DNA of 63,528 bases, counting the filler, from Octopus bimaculoides (taxonomy: Eukaryota): NCBI RefSeq assembly GCF_001194135.2. It is 3 parts of 3 records of this genome, joined end to end, with 100 filler letters (N's around TTAATTAATTAA, not from the genome) between each part and the next. Parts side by side here need not be neighbours in the genome. Positions count along the whole stretch, not along the records: positions 23,706 to 52,868 come from NC_068986.1; positions 52,969 to 63,528 come from NC_068984.1; 1 more part is not named here. One strand, 5' to 3'. The position numbers and the translations under genes are program-made. The notes under the pieces are model-generated. The model was not told the DNA's origin. It saw only the letters and a program-made list of their open reading frames with translations, and made no database searches. Of this stretch, positions 50,290 through 63,528 are shown piece by piece. Positions within the stretch are counted from its first letter, which is position 1; every line of letters starts with the position of its first letter.

Positions 50290-51580
50290 TATACATGAGT
50301 GTAGGACAAAAGCCCCTCGGACAAAAGACCCGCGGTTATATTTTTCGGGGGTTTTTTTTTCTCCCCTTTTACTTGGTCATACTGGGACACCGCCTTGAAG
50401 AATTTTTAATCGGACGTATCGACGCCAGAATTTTTTTTTTTTTTACAATCGCGATTTCCGTTTTTATTTACGTGAAATTATNNNNNNNNNNNNNNNNNNN
50501 NNNNNNNNNNNNNNNNNNNNNNNNNNNNNNNNNNNNNNNNNNNNNNNNNNNNNNNNNNNNNNNNNNNNNNNNNNNNNNNNNNNNNNNNNNNNNNNNNNNN
50601 NNNNNNNNNNNNNNNNNNNNNNNNNNNNNNNNNNNNNNNNNNNNNNNNNNNNNNNNNNNNNNNNNNNNNNNNNNNNNNNNNNNNNNNNNNNNNNNNNNNN
50701 NNNNNNNNNNNNNNNNNNNNNNNNNNNNNNNNNNNNNNNNNNNNNNNNNNNNNNNNNNNNNNNNNNNNNNNNNNNNNNNNNNNNNNNNNNNNNNNNNNNN
50801 NNNNNNGAAGGTTAGTCATTCAAACGTACTTCTTAACGTTTTTATGTTTCTACACATTTCTTGAAGTAAATGCCATCCCTTTTCTTAGAATTCAGACAAT
50901 ATGTACATTGAGTAGTAAAGAGTCTTGTATTCTGTTATTCCATTTTACTTATTTATTTTCGATTGAATATATTTTGTTTACTTAAAAATTGGAATTTAAG
51001 AAAATAAAAGTTTTTTTTTTTTTTTACAATCGCGATTTCCGTTTTTATTTACGTGAAATTATATTAAAAAAAAATTTAAGATGGTTGTTATTTCTAGCAA
51101 GTAGAGAGACCTTCTAGGCTTAACTTCATGTGCTGGTCGAAAAGCATCTAAAAAAGATTCTGCGGTCAATGCATTCGACTAAAACTTCTTCAGGGCGGTG
51201 CCCCAGCATGGCTGCAGTCCAATGACTGCAACAAGTAAAAAGATTTTTAGAAAAAAAAATCGAAGAATAACCAAAAAAATATAACCGAAGGGGTAATAAA
51301 AAATTTTCAAGAGATTTGGCTGTTATTTCTAGCATGTAGAGAGACCTAGGCTTAACTTCATGCGCTGGTTGAAAATAAAAAAAAAATAATAATTCTGGGG
51401 TCTATACATTCGACTAAAAATTCCTCAAGGTGTTACCCCTGCATGGCCACAATCTAATAACTACAACAAGTAAAAAGAAAAACAAAAACTGAATAAAATA
51501 ACCGAAAAATATAACCGTGGGGCTTTTCTCCACTTTAATTCTCGGGCTTTTGTCCGAAGGGATTCTGTCCGTATCCCAAT
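50290..51580. mobile_element. Non-autonomous DNA-type element with repeated GGACAAAAGCCC terminal motifs, spanning a gap
   Basis: ggacaaaagcccctcggacaaaag...cggttatatttttcgg at the left is mirrored by ccgaaaaatataaccg...gggcttttgtccgaagggattctgtcc at the right. Confidence 0.55.
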
Positions 51581-51890
51581 TTAAGCATGTAGTGATAGTG
51601 CATACTCGATAGCCTATTGCAGCACTCTTTTAATATGTATACGTTAAATAAGATATTTGTGTGTACATTTACATACATGCATACATACACATACGCACAT
51701 CATCATTCTCTTTTTCTCGATCCCCACCCCTTAAATCCTTTTAGCTGACCATATTCTCAATAAAAAAGGAATTAAAAAATTCCTTCCTCAAAACAACAAA
51801 AAGCAAAACACTCACACACACAACAAAGTAAAAGAAAAACAATTTCTTCCGAAACCTTTCAGACGGTCTTTTATATTCGTAGTCACTTTA

Positions 51891-52350
51891 TAATATTCGT
51901 TGCCACTTTAGCATGGCTGTCCGTTCGAACGGGCTCTACTGCGATCTTTTAACCCCAAGAGGACATCTTCTCTACCTAGTTAACGATGCACAACTACATC
52001 CGATAAATTGCGAGCAGGGGAGCGAACCCCTACCATCTTCTAGCGACGGCTAGCAGACCAGTCCTGGTTTCAGGCTATTTCTGCCACTCCTCAGTACTGG
52101 ACACCTCATCTGCTAGAGATGGCAGTAGCTCGCAATATATATATATTTCAAGCGAACACACAGTCGTTGTGGTTCGCTCCCCTGCTCACGATTTATCGGA
52201 TGCAGCTCTGCATCGTTAACTAGCTAGAGAATGCAATTTATCGGATGTAAATCTGCATTATTATCCAGCTAGAGATGTCCTCTTAGGGTTAAAAAATCGC
52301 AGTAGAGTCCGTTACAACGGACAGCCATGTTGAAGTGGCTACTAATATTA
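51891..52350. mobile_element. 460-bp fold-back (arms 51891-52028 and 52171-52350, the latter with an extra duplication of about 40 nt; 142-nt spacer with a hammerhead)
   Basis: Direct reverse-complement alignment of the arms. Confidence 0.9.
52050..52100 (-). ncRNA. Type I hammerhead ribozyme motif with intact core, in the loop of a 460-bp fold-back
   Basis: ccagua-CUGAGGA-guggc(agaaaua)gccu-GAAA-cca(ggac)ugGUC-ugcuag. The predicted cleavage is between 52056 and 52055. Confidence 0.72.
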
Positions 52351-52968
52351 CTTGTCAGTACAACTACTGCGTTGATCTCTTAGATAGATCTTAGAACTAG
52401 CATTACTGCTTGTTATAAATAGGAGACTAAGATAAAATTTCAAACATGTTCTTAACTACGAACAAAATATGAGAACGAACTGTTTTGAATTTTCAATTTT
52501 TTCTTATTTCCTAATTTTTGACTTTGAATTTTTAATATTTAAAAAGATGGACAGACACATCGAAACCGGTAATATTTTATAAAAATCACTTAATGCAACA
52601 AATATAAGAAAAAAATTTTAAGCATGCTTTCGTGCTGTTTCCACTTTACTTTCATCTATAACCTATGATTTATTTGGATTCTTAACAGCATTTCAACCAC
52701 ACACACACACACACACCACAAGCGCAGGATTTCTTCCCAACCACATGGTTCCGGGTTCAGTCCCACTGCGTGGCATTTTGAGCAAGTGTCTTCTACTATA
52801 GCCTCGGGCCAACCAAAGCCTTGTGAGTGGATTTGGGATTTGGTAGACAAAAACTGAAAGAAGCTCAANNNNNNNNNNNNNNNNNNNNNNNNNNNNNNNN
52901 NNNNNNNNNNNNTTAATTAATTAANNNNNNNNNNNNNNNNNNNNNNNNNNNNNNNNNNNNNNNNNNNN

Positions 52969-53017
<49 letters not shown>

Positions 53018-53998
53018 TATACATCCACACACAAAATTTGCAATAGCTAAAGCAGCATTCAAGGCCCAAAGTGACGATCCCATAAAGTAAATGCTGTTAT
53101 TTTCGAGAGCAATGGCGTTTTTCATATCACTTAACATCTATTTGTCAAGTAAATTACGATGTAGAATACTAACCGGAGCGTGATGATATAACGGATTATA
53201 GTCATTATAACAAGGGACAACACGGAAAAAAATGTACGTGGATATCAAGCTTGGTTCTTAATAAGTGTAGAATTACTGAGACGTAAATACTTTAGACAAA
53301 TGGTGTAGAATTTTGATGTTTGAATAAAATATGTGAACTTAAAATACTATTGGGAAGAATTTAAAAAAAATTATTCATGTTTTGTTTTTGTGTTGTTTTT
53401 GTCTTCATTTACACACAAAAATATACACGTACGTACATAGACATACATATATACGAACACAGACGCACACACACAAAAGCACATACTCAAGCATCAACAA
53501 ACGTATTTGGCGTGTTTACTTAATACTAGATTAAGTATTAAAATGAGTCAAATTACATTGTTTTATTTCTAGAAATGAATCTTTCAAAAACGATGCTCTT
53601 ATTTTCTTTTGAGATGTCTGAGCACACACACACACACATACACACACATACACACACACACAACTAGATATAGGCATCTCCCCACTCTTCCATTTTTACA
53701 ACAGTGACTCTACTCGAAGCGTTTGTTCAATTCTTACACCAAACACGTGTTTGTTATTTTTATCGTCTATGACAACTACATTTTATCATCTGTCTTAATA
53801 ACGCTACTATAAGATCATGACCTCCTTATTATACACCATGTTAAAGTAGTACTTATACGTGATTTCCAACTTAAACTAACCAATCCTTGATAGCCAATGA
53901 CACCTTAGTTTTGCTCTTATTTGGTAAATTTTTCCTTCTTACTCTCGTACCAAACTCGTAATTTTGAACTTTTTAAACCAATTACTTTTACTCTAAGC

Positions 53999-54372
53999 CA
54001 GGGATCCTCAACCATTTTTTTTTTATCTGTGGGCCTCTTTCATTATTGTTTTATTCTGGGGGACTCCCATAGCAATTCAGTGTTTAAAAACAAGTTTTAT
54101 AGAAACTTCTTTCAAAATTCCTGTTTTGCTTCTCACTCATTAACTTGTTTAGGTTGAGCAATGTAAAAATGTTAGAAAGAGAATCCTAGTTGTTTGTTGC
54201 AATACATGCCAATACATACATTTAAAGTAAAACCTTTCCAGGGGCCCTTGAAATACTATTGTTGAATTCTCAATTTTTTATTTCCTATTTTATTTGCTAT
54301 TTTATTACGTGGAACCCTCAAAATCTTATATGGACCCTCAAGAGCCATATGGACTCCGGTTGAGAACACCTG
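53999..54372. mobile_element. hAT (Charlie-like) MITE, 374 bp
   Basis: TIRs CAGGGATCCTCAACC / GGTTGAGAACACCTG, and degenerate 8-bp TSD CTCTAAGC / CTTTAAAC. Confidence 0.8.
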
Positions 54373-55179
54373 CTTTAAACTATTTTGTCCCAATTAACCT
54401 TTCATTAACTATTCCCAGATCTCTTCAGATTTTGTTTTATTAAATTAATACTATTACAGTTTGGTAAGGTTCTTTACCAAGATTTTACTTCATTCAGCTT
54501 TCCAGCAATGTCTTTTCTTTTCCATCTTTTCACCTCTTAAATCCACTTACTTTTCCCGTTTTTATTTTCCTCCATGTTTTTCTTCACCTTCAACTCTAAC
54601 CCGTCAACGCTTTCTCTCTACGTCTTCAAACACTTTATCTATCCCATATCTTCCTTCTCTTAACATTATTGTTCCCTTCATTCTCTTACTTAACTCAGAA
54701 ATTTACTACTTATTCCTACTTATTTATATACAATTTTTCTACCACCATTCATACCCCTCATTTGATTTCCCAAGTTCTCCCTTCCTAAAGTTTAGTTTTA
54801 CAAACCTACTGAATTATATTTATCATAAATTTATTTAATATCTCAAGCTCGTTACGTCATTCTTCTTGCTTACCTTTAATCTAGCCAATATTCAACACTA
54901 ACATTTCCTTTTCTGTATTATTTGTCTTGATTTTTTCCTTTATCAACTTTTTTCCCATTTTGACTCTTACCTCATTTGTACTAATTACCATATTATACTT
55001 CTTTACTTATTTGTTCTTTAAAGACGCACTCTTACTTTAGTTCATTCCCATAAACAGTATGTTTTATAACTAGGAAATTTTACGCAGATGACTGTTAAAA
55101 ATTACTTTATAGTTTCGAAGAGCAGTTCATTAAGAAGCTATTCCATCTAAAAGAAATATTCAATACATTTTCCCATGAA

Positions 55180-55258
55180 ACGTGTGTGCGTATGTATAGA
55201 TCAACATGTATTGATGTATACAAGTGTACGTGTGTATATGTATGTAAGCATGTATATA

Positions 55259-55292
<34 letters not shown>

Positions 55293-55441
55293 CATATATA
55301 CACACACCAAATATATACATATACATACATATATGCATATATGGATATATATATGTTTATACACATACATACAAACATACATATTTATTTATGCATGTAT
55401 GTATGTATATATATGCATACATACATATATATATATATGTG

Positions 55442-55492
<51 letters not shown>
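55180..55492. repeat. Compound (AT)n/(AC)n/(GT)n microsatellite; similar blocks at 23480-23605, 60170-60612 and 63375-63528
   Basis: Directly visible; these blocks explain many spurious ORFs. Confidence 0.95.
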
Positions 55493-55494
<2 letters not shown>

Positions 55495-55722
55495 GGAAAA
55501 TAAGACAAGGCAAAAAATTCTAAAATAATTTTATCATGAAGAATATTTTAGTACCAGTTTCAGTCTTTGTGACTTTTTCAAGTTAGAGTAAAACCTGAAA
55601 AACAATTAAATTGTGGAAAAAAATAATGAAATGTTTTTTTTTAAATATTTCCAGATTTCAAGTACAGGGGACATTTTCCTTTCTTCTGTTTGTCTGTCGC
55701 TGGTTTACTCTCGTGAAGGCTT

Positions 55723-55723
55723 G

Positions 55724-55776
<53 letters not shown>

Positions 55777-55777
55777 C
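55723..55777. repeat. (GTA)n microsatellite
   Basis: Directly visible. Confidence 0.95.
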
Positions 55778-55900
55778 CTAAAGGAATATTTCACATGAGT
55801 TCTTGGCTTAAGCATTGTTTAAGAAGCAGTAGCCAAGGAAGAAAAAGAAGAAGAAAAAAAATGGAGGAGGAGGAAAAGAAGAGAAAGAATAAGAAAAATA

Positions 55901-56715
55901 TGGTGGAATCCTCTTAAATGGTCAAGTGACCTAAAATTGACCAGATGTGGTTGTAATAGTAGTGATTGGAATTGTTCTGAATAAATTCATGTGTAGTGAC
56001 TGTTCTGAATATATCGTTTTTTCATATTTGCATGGGTATTATTCTGTTATAGTGTCATTTGTGGTGGACGCATTCAAAAGGGGTTTATATTTTGTGATAA
56101 AGTATGACTTTTTGCTAATGCGCTGATTATAGGCTGCATTGTCCCTGAATTTATAGAGGGGAAACATTCTGATGTTGGGTTGTTTTTTATTGGCGCAAAT
56201 GTCGATGTGTCCGCTGAATGCTATTTTACAGTATTCCCGAATTTTGATCTGGGATTTATGTAGAGCCTTTCTTTGACGTAAACTTTACTTGCGGTTCGGA
56301 AAACTTAATATATGTATAAAAACAGCTCACGCCAAAGGATGGCTCTACATAGATCCAAGATCAAAATTCGGGAATACAGAAAAATAGCATTCAGTGAACA
56401 CATCGACATTTGCGCCACTACTGAACAAACAAGCTTCAGAATTTTTCTCCTGTATCAATTCAGGGACGATGCAACCTATAATCAGCGCATTAGCAAAGTG
56501 TCATATTTTATCACAAAATATAAATCCCTTTTGAATGCGTCCACCACAAATGACACTACTACAAGGGCTTTAGAATAATACACACGCAAATATTAAAAAC
56601 GATATATTCAGAATAGTCACTACCCATAAATTTATTCAGAACAATTCTAATCACTACTATTACAACTGCAGCAGGTCACTTTTAGGTCACTTGACTATTT
56701 AAGAGGATTCCACCA
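55901..56715. mobile_element. Head-to-head inverted pair of Penelope-like GIY-YIG endonuclease 3' ends (arms 55901-56279 and 56329-56715)
   Basis: The minus arm reads RQRKALHKSQIKIREYCKIAFSGHIDICA...FPLYKF...RISKKSYFITKYKPLLN. The plus arm reads RQRMALHRSKIK...SEHIDICA...YFITKYKSLLN. The spacer reads TCGSENLIYV. Confidence 0.8.
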
Positions 56716-57369
56716 ACATCCTACTACTGTCATACCACTCCCGTATTTTTCTTATTCTTTCTAATCTTTTCCTCCTCCTCCTCCTCCTCNNNNNNNNNNN
56801 NNNNNNNNNNNNNNNNNNNNNNNNNNNNNNNNNNNNNNNNNNNNNNNNNNNNNNNNNNNNNNNNNNNNNNNNNNNNNNNNNNNNNNNNNNNNNNNNNNNN
56901 NNNNNNNNNNNNNNNNNNNNNNNNNNNNNNNNNNNNNNNNNNNNNNNNNNNNNNNNNNNNNNNNNNNNNNNNNNNNNNNNNNNNNNNNNNNNNNNNNNNN
57001 NNNNNNNNNNNNNNNNNNNNNNNNNNNNNNNNNNNNNNNNNNNNNNNNNNNNNNNNNNNNNNNNNNNNNNNNNNNNNNNNNNNNNNNNNNNNNNNNNNNN
57101 NNNNNNNNNNNNNNNNNNNNNNNNNNNNNNNNNNNNNNNNNNNNNNNNNNNNNNNNNNNNNNNNNNNNNNNNNNNNNNNNNNNNNNNNNNNNNNNNNNNN
57201 NNNNNNNNNNNNNNNNNNNNNNNNNNNNNNNNNNNNNNNNNNNNNNNNNNNNNNNNNNNNNNNNNNNNNNNNNNNNNNNNNNNNNNNNNNNNNNNNNNNN
57301 NNNNNNNNNNNNNNNNNNNNNNNNNNNNNNNNNNNNNNNNNNNNNNNNNNNNNNNNNNNNNNNNNNNNN

Positions 57370-57420
57370 GGGGTGAGCCAAAAGTCTCGCACCAAAATAT
57401 TCCACATTTTATTTATATTA

Positions 57421-57485
<65 letters not shown>

Positions 57486-57645
57486 ATAACTATTATTATT
57501 ATTCATTGTGTTCATTATGTACAAGTACGTGTGTATTCATTATTATTTTAGCTATTTTATTCAATTTTAGAACAACTGAAACATGTCTTTCACAATTCCG
57601 GAACGCATTGAACTTATTTTGCACGTGACGTTTTCCCCACCCTGT
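57370..57645. mobile_element. Tc1/mariner-type MITE with an internal (TTA)n expansion
   Basis: Left [CA]GGGTGAGCCAAAAGTC (cut by a gap); right GACGTTTTCCCCACCCTG-TA. Confidence 0.5.
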
Positions 57646-60189
57646 ATATATATGTGTGTAGGGGGTGTATGTGTGTGTGTGTGAGTGTGTGTATGTGCGT
57701 GTTTGTGTGTATGTATATATGTGTGTGTGTTTGTCTGCAATGAATATGTTAGTTCCCTCTTTAGAATATACCTATTCTTTATTCTGCACTTCTAATGCAT
57801 TTATACACTTCTATATATGTTTAAAGTTTGTTTAATAGCGTTAACAACCTACCTTTCAGACTTTAATTATATTTAAATAATTTTTTAACCAGTTGTTTAC
57901 CAATGTTAAATTCAATTCCACAAATGCTATTAACTTCTCAACTACTATGTAATTTTTTTAATCGTATTTCTATAAATTTGATAAGCTAATTTCCCCATTG
58001 CCTGTACGCAGGTTTATAATTTATTTGCTCTCGTTTAGGTTCTACTAATATTTGGAAAATTACTTAAAACAAAGCTTAAAAAAAACAGCAAATGACGTAA
58101 CTGAAGTTAGTAGAAATTAATCTAGTTTTCATAAGTATTTAAATTTTATAATAAATTCGAAATTTAAACATTGCAAACCATGTCTTTCTATATAATAAAT
58201 TAATTTTTTGTATTGTAAATTTATTCTAGAGAAAGAGCAATGCGCCATTAATTTGTTGACAGGCGCAGGCATGTGTGTTTGTGCNNNNNNNNNNNNNNNN
58301 NNNNNNNNNNNNNNNNNNNNNNNNNNNNNNNNNNNNNNNNNNNNNNNNNNNNNNNNNNNNNNNNNNNNNNNNNNNNNNNNNNNNNNNNNNNNNNNNNNNN
58401 NNNNNNNNNNNNNNNNNNNNNNNNNNNNNNNNNNNNNNNNNNNNNNNNNNNNNNNNNNNNNNNNNNNNNNNNNNNNNNNNNNNNNNNNNNNNNNNNNATA
58501 CAATATATATATATAATACAATAAATATGTGAGTATATGCATATATACGTACATGTATGTACATACCTACATCTACATGTATATATAGATGCATATCTGG
58601 GTACAGGATGTCACAAAAAAACGTGGACAAAATGTTAAACAGAATATAAACAGAGCACAGAAAACACACAGGCCACACAGTGAACATTTCCATCATCAGA
58701 TGTCACTATTCTAAAACTAAGCGTCTCGAAGAGTTATATATACAGATTGAGAAGGGCCTGTGATTTGCCTCTGGCGCTAAGTATGGGTGGGGCACAAATA
58801 ACTTTAAAAGTTTCTGTAACTGTACGCAAACTTAGCATTGAAGTAAAAGAGTAAGAACAGGGGTATTAATCTCGGAACAAAGTATGGAGAATATAGTTGG
58901 ATGCGGAGGTATCGAGAGGCGTGTGGTGAATTACGAACTGTCAAATGATTTTAAATTTTGCCTTGTGATTTACCCAGTGATATGCGAATTATAAGACTAT
59001 AGATTTCTTGCTTACAAGTTAATTATAATATTTCAACTACATTTTTTCACCTGATGAAATGAATGCGAATGATGAGAGTGGAATGCTGATGAAAAAAATT
59101 GGGGAACAACGTGGGAAAATATTGTAGAAAAACTGGAGAGGGAAGTTCTCTTTGTGCTTGAAGGAATGGGACGTATATCATAGGTTTGGCCTAACACTGA
59201 ATACCCTGGCGCTGAGCCTGAGTGCGAGAATAAAGTTCATTACTGTAAACAGACATCGTATGGTAATCATGAGTATGTGACTCTTTGAATTTGTACGCAG
59301 CTGTCTATGTTTATAGTATACAACAGGCGCTGCTTATGCTTGAGTGACGTTATGTACTGTAGCTGATCGTTTGGGCAAATATGCATCAATAAAATATGTG
59401 CTAATATCGATATGATATAACTAAAATACCATAGAAATTGGTATCCCAGCATAGCTACTATCTAAAGACGGGAACTAATAAAAGAATATAAGAAAATAAA
59501 TATTTTTGCTATTTCCTGGCACCTAAGGTAAGTTTCGGTTAAAATACTTTTCTAGAGACCAAAATCTTCCATAGAATGTGAATTGTTGATATTGTAGATA
59601 TTTCTGTTATGAAACTCTGGTTATCTTTTCCTCACAACAAGTTGACGGTAGGGGCATGGACAATCAAATATCCTGCCTGCAATCAATACGTAAAACGAAC
59701 ATGACATCGCAGCCCATGTTTCTCAGAAATAAACCAATACTCTTCCTGATAAGGAAAATTAGGCTTGTTTATTCAAATTTTCACAGAGAAAAAAAAATAT
59801 GTCGTACCATACATATATTCTGTCAAGAACCGCCCCTTAAATGCATGTACGCATGCGCAACGTCTTACGTCCCGCTGCACCCACACAAACGCACGCATAA
59901 ATGCATGTTCATGGATGTCTGCGCATTGTGTAACATTTTAGCCTTGATAATCTTTGTTTAGAGACAAATATTACTGCAAACCTCCCGAAAGATATGCAGT
60001 CTCTTTCTTAGCTTTTATGGGGTTTCGCGTTTTCATTATCTTTAAAACTCGTGAAACTTGTTTTTATTAATTCATTTAAATTTATTTTCCATTGTGATTT
60101 ACTTCTGTTATCACGAAAGTATTTTAGTAAGAAATTGATTTATATACAATTATAGATAAATACTTTCATGCGCACACACACATATAAAC

Positions 60190-60249
<60 letters not shown>

Positions 60250-60331
60250 GTGTATATATATATGCATATATAAATATATACATACATATATATACACACA
60301 TAAACATATATACAAACATGCATATATACAT

Positions 60332-60383
<52 letters not shown>

Positions 60384-60508
60384 GTATATATTGTCCTTAT
60401 TATTATTATTATTATATATGCAGAATAGAAATAATTATCATTATTACATGCATTCAACATATTTGCAGTCATGCATTCATCAACGTAGCTATCCATTCAT
60501 ACACACAG

Positions 60509-60553
<45 letters not shown>

Positions 60554-60639
60554 CACAATGCATGCCTACGTACGTCATATATACTTGCGTACATACATAC
60601 ATACATACATACATACATACATACATACATACATGGTGG

Positions 60640-61022
60640 CTGTCAACTCGTAGATGATTATGCTCATCACTGACAAATTATACCATCAACAGAACAGCCT
60701 GCTCGTGAAATTAAAGTGCAAGTGGCTGAGCACTCCACAGACACGTGTACCCCTAACGTAGTTCTCGGAGGAGATTCAGCGTGACACAGAGTGTGACAAG
60801 GCTGGCCCTTTGAATTACAGGCACAACAGAAACAGGAAGTAAGAGTGAGAGAAAGTTGTGGTGAAAGAGTACAGCAGGGTTCGCCACCATCCCCTGTCGG
60901 AGCCTCGTGGAGCTTTAGGTGTTTTCGCTCAATAAACACTCACAACGCCCGGTCTGGCAATCGAAACCGCGATCCTATGACCGCGAGTCCGGTGCCCTAA
61001 CCACTGGGCCATTGCGCCTCCA
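60640..61022 (-). mobile_element. tRNA-derived SINE (head GGCGCAATGGCCCAGTGGTTAGGGCACCGGACTCGCGGTCATAGGATCGCGGTTTCGATTGCCAG)
   Basis: The head has A and B boxes and a TCG (Arg-like) anticodon loop, but no proper acceptor stem, so it is a SINE and not a tRNA gene. Confidence 0.7.
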
Positions 61023-61907
61023 TATACAAAACATAAACGTTGTTTAATCTCACCTAACAATATATAGGTCCATGTTCAGAATATCGCTGCAGATTGCAGT
61101 AGAAACATAGATTTATGAGATGTTTTATTAGTGTGTTGGTGCATCAGTACACATCATTGTATATATCAAATGAAAGCTAAATGACACGACACCAGGGTAT
61201 TATTAAACTCTTTACATTCTGAGATCAAATTTCATCGAGGTCAAGTTTAACTTTCATTCATTTGGGATCGATCGGTAAAATAAAGTACTGATCAAGTAGG
61301 GAGATCAATGGTATCGATTAATTCCTATACCTAAAATTCCGGGCTTCAGCCTAAATTAGAAACCATTAAAGGTAGCGAGCAGGCAAAGTTGTTAACACGC
61401 CGGGCCAAATGTTGGCTGATTATGTTCGGAGTTCAAATTCCGGTTAGATCGACCTTGCCATTCATCCTTTTGGGTTGATAAAATAAGTACCAATCAAATA
61501 CTGAATCTACTTCACCCTCCCATCAAAAAATAATGGCCCCTTGCCAAAATTTAAAGCTATTACTATTATAGATACTGCTTTAAATGTAGAACCTGTGAGT
61601 CGGAGAAAAGGAATTGGAGAAGGCACTTGCTGTGGAGCTTAGGGAGGTCTTGGACGGTAGGGGTTACTCGAGTATCCCGAGAAGTCCTCTTGTATCAGGA
61701 GGACTACATCACTGTCACCCTTTTTCTTTCTTATTTTCTTTTACTGTTGTATATTAGATATACTTCCCTTTGTTTTTGTTTTTTTTCTATGACGTATATA
61801 CTTACACTTTTTTCATTTCATTATATGTAAACGCCGACACTTCATGTTTGTTTTTGTATTGTCCCGCTTATTCTTCACCCTGATAGCAAAAAGGAGGAAC
61901 TATTATA

Positions 61908-61979
<72 letters not shown>

Positions 61980-61981
61980 GC

Positions 61982-62047
<66 letters not shown>

Positions 62048-62350
62048 NNNNNNNNNNNNNNNNNNNNNNNNNNNNNNNNNNNNNNNNNNNNNNNNNNNNN
62101 NNNNNNNNNNNNNNNNNNNNNNNNNNNNNNNNNNNNNNNNNNNNNNNNNNNNNNNNNNNNNNNNNNNNNNNNNNNNNNNNNNNNNNNNNNNNNNNNNNNN
62201 NNNNNNNNNNNNNNNNNNNNNNNNNNNNNNNNNNNNNNNNNNNNNNNNNNNNNNNNNNNNNNNNNNNNNNNNNNNNNNNNNNNNNNNNNNNNNNNNNNNN
62301 NNNNNNNNNNNNNNNNNNNNNNNNNNNNNNNNNNNNNNNNNNNNNNNNNN

Positions 62351-62407
<57 letters not shown>

Positions 62408-62950
62408 GAGTGAGAGAGCAGTGCATGCCATTAAAGTGAAACTGGGGTAAAATATACAAAGCCCAGTATATCCATCATGACCACCCGTCTGATAAGCGTA
62501 CACCAAGCACATGCATCACAACTATATGTGCGCGAAATAGTGATCTCAGATCAAGATAACAGCACATGACCTTACAGGTGGGGCCCGGTTAGAATTTTCT
62601 TTAGGTCGAGTAGCCCATTCGGCTGAAAAAGGTTTCTGAATAAGGGTTGTTTAAGGATGTTGAACGAAACACTCATGTTTCCAAAGGTGAATTATTCAAA
62701 TCATAAAGAACTATTCACAACACATGGCTATGATGCTCCCCCACTACTTCTGCTCGTGAACAGAGATGCACATATCGTCAGGCACTAAGGGACATGCTCA
62801 ACTGATTAAAGTCAAACAACTGACAAGTAGATGTGTGGTATTGAGCAGAATATTTGCTGTAGCCCATCTTTTATACCAAGACAAAACAATGTACATGATG
62901 ACATTATTATTACATGATAACATTATTACATGATAACATTATTATTGTTG

Positions 62951-63024
<74 letters not shown>

Positions 63025-63377
63025 GTTATTATTTTTACCGCGTATATTTTTGCACACCACCCCTTCTCGCAGACGGTTACCAAAAGTCATCTATAATACT
63101 ATGGATATCCTTTAACTTAATTTCTGTGTATGTGCATATGCATGTGTGGACATAGGAGGGTACATGGCAATAACGCATCTGTCAACAGATACTACAACTA
63201 CTACTACTACTGCTACTACAAGTGCTGCTACCACAATTACTGATATCACAAGCAATACTAGCTTCTTGTGGTTGTACAAAAAAAAACGGAATATAAAAAA
63301 TGAGGAATTGGCTTGCCGAGAGACCACATACACTATCGATCGAACCACTTATTGTTTAACTCACAGATACGCACCCG

Positions 63378-63414
<37 letters not shown>

Positions 63415-63528
63415 GCACATATATATATATATATATATATATATGTGTACATAGATGCACATACACATATATAGATATACATGCATATAGATGTACATGT
63501 TCACACAGACACACACACACACACACAC

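Noticed and set aside
52535-52577. Hammerhead-like remnant (...AGA-tggacagacacatc-GAAAC-cg-GTA-atatt)
   Set aside because: The CUGA half of the core is destroyed. It may be a dead relative but cannot be supported as a ribozyme. The same applies to about 35380-35415 and 58670-58700.
55160-55528. ORFs rich in Y/I/V/C/H/T (also 13489-13781, 60140-60657, 61844-63115 and all X-rich ORFs)
   Set aside because: Translations of microsatellites or N gaps.
60950-61022. tRNA-Arg-like sequence
   Set aside because: It lacks an acceptor stem and continues into SINE body sequence.

Overview
AT-rich, repeat-dense eukaryotic genomic DNA from a gapped draft assembly. The repeat families and microsatellite load suggest an octopus (coleoid cephalopod) genome; this is an inference. 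Two spliced host genes lie on the minus strand. One is a complete 3-exon NDUFA8 (complex I twin-CX9C subunit, 169 aa, 49321 to 40905). The other is the first three exons of a mitochondrial acyl-CoA dehydrogenase (34248 to 26953), whose remaining exons I could not find in the window. The rest is transposon debris: tRNA-headed SINEs, RTE LINE ends, Gypsy pol/LTR pieces, mariner/Tc1/pogo/piggyBac fossils, hAT and TTAA MITEs, and Penelope-like (PLE) fragments. The most interesting signal is a set of type I hammerhead-ribozyme motifs (242-286, 11618-11657, 50084-50146 with its mirror 50200-50261, and 52050-52100). Two of these sites are long fold-back elements just upstream of NDUFA8: one places the ribozyme in the hairpin loop, the other places it in the stem, locked by its own antisense copy. 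Nearby is an 815-bp palindrome made of two head-to-head PLE GIY-YIG endonuclease 3' ends. All structure and homology calls were made by eye; no database search or folding program was run.
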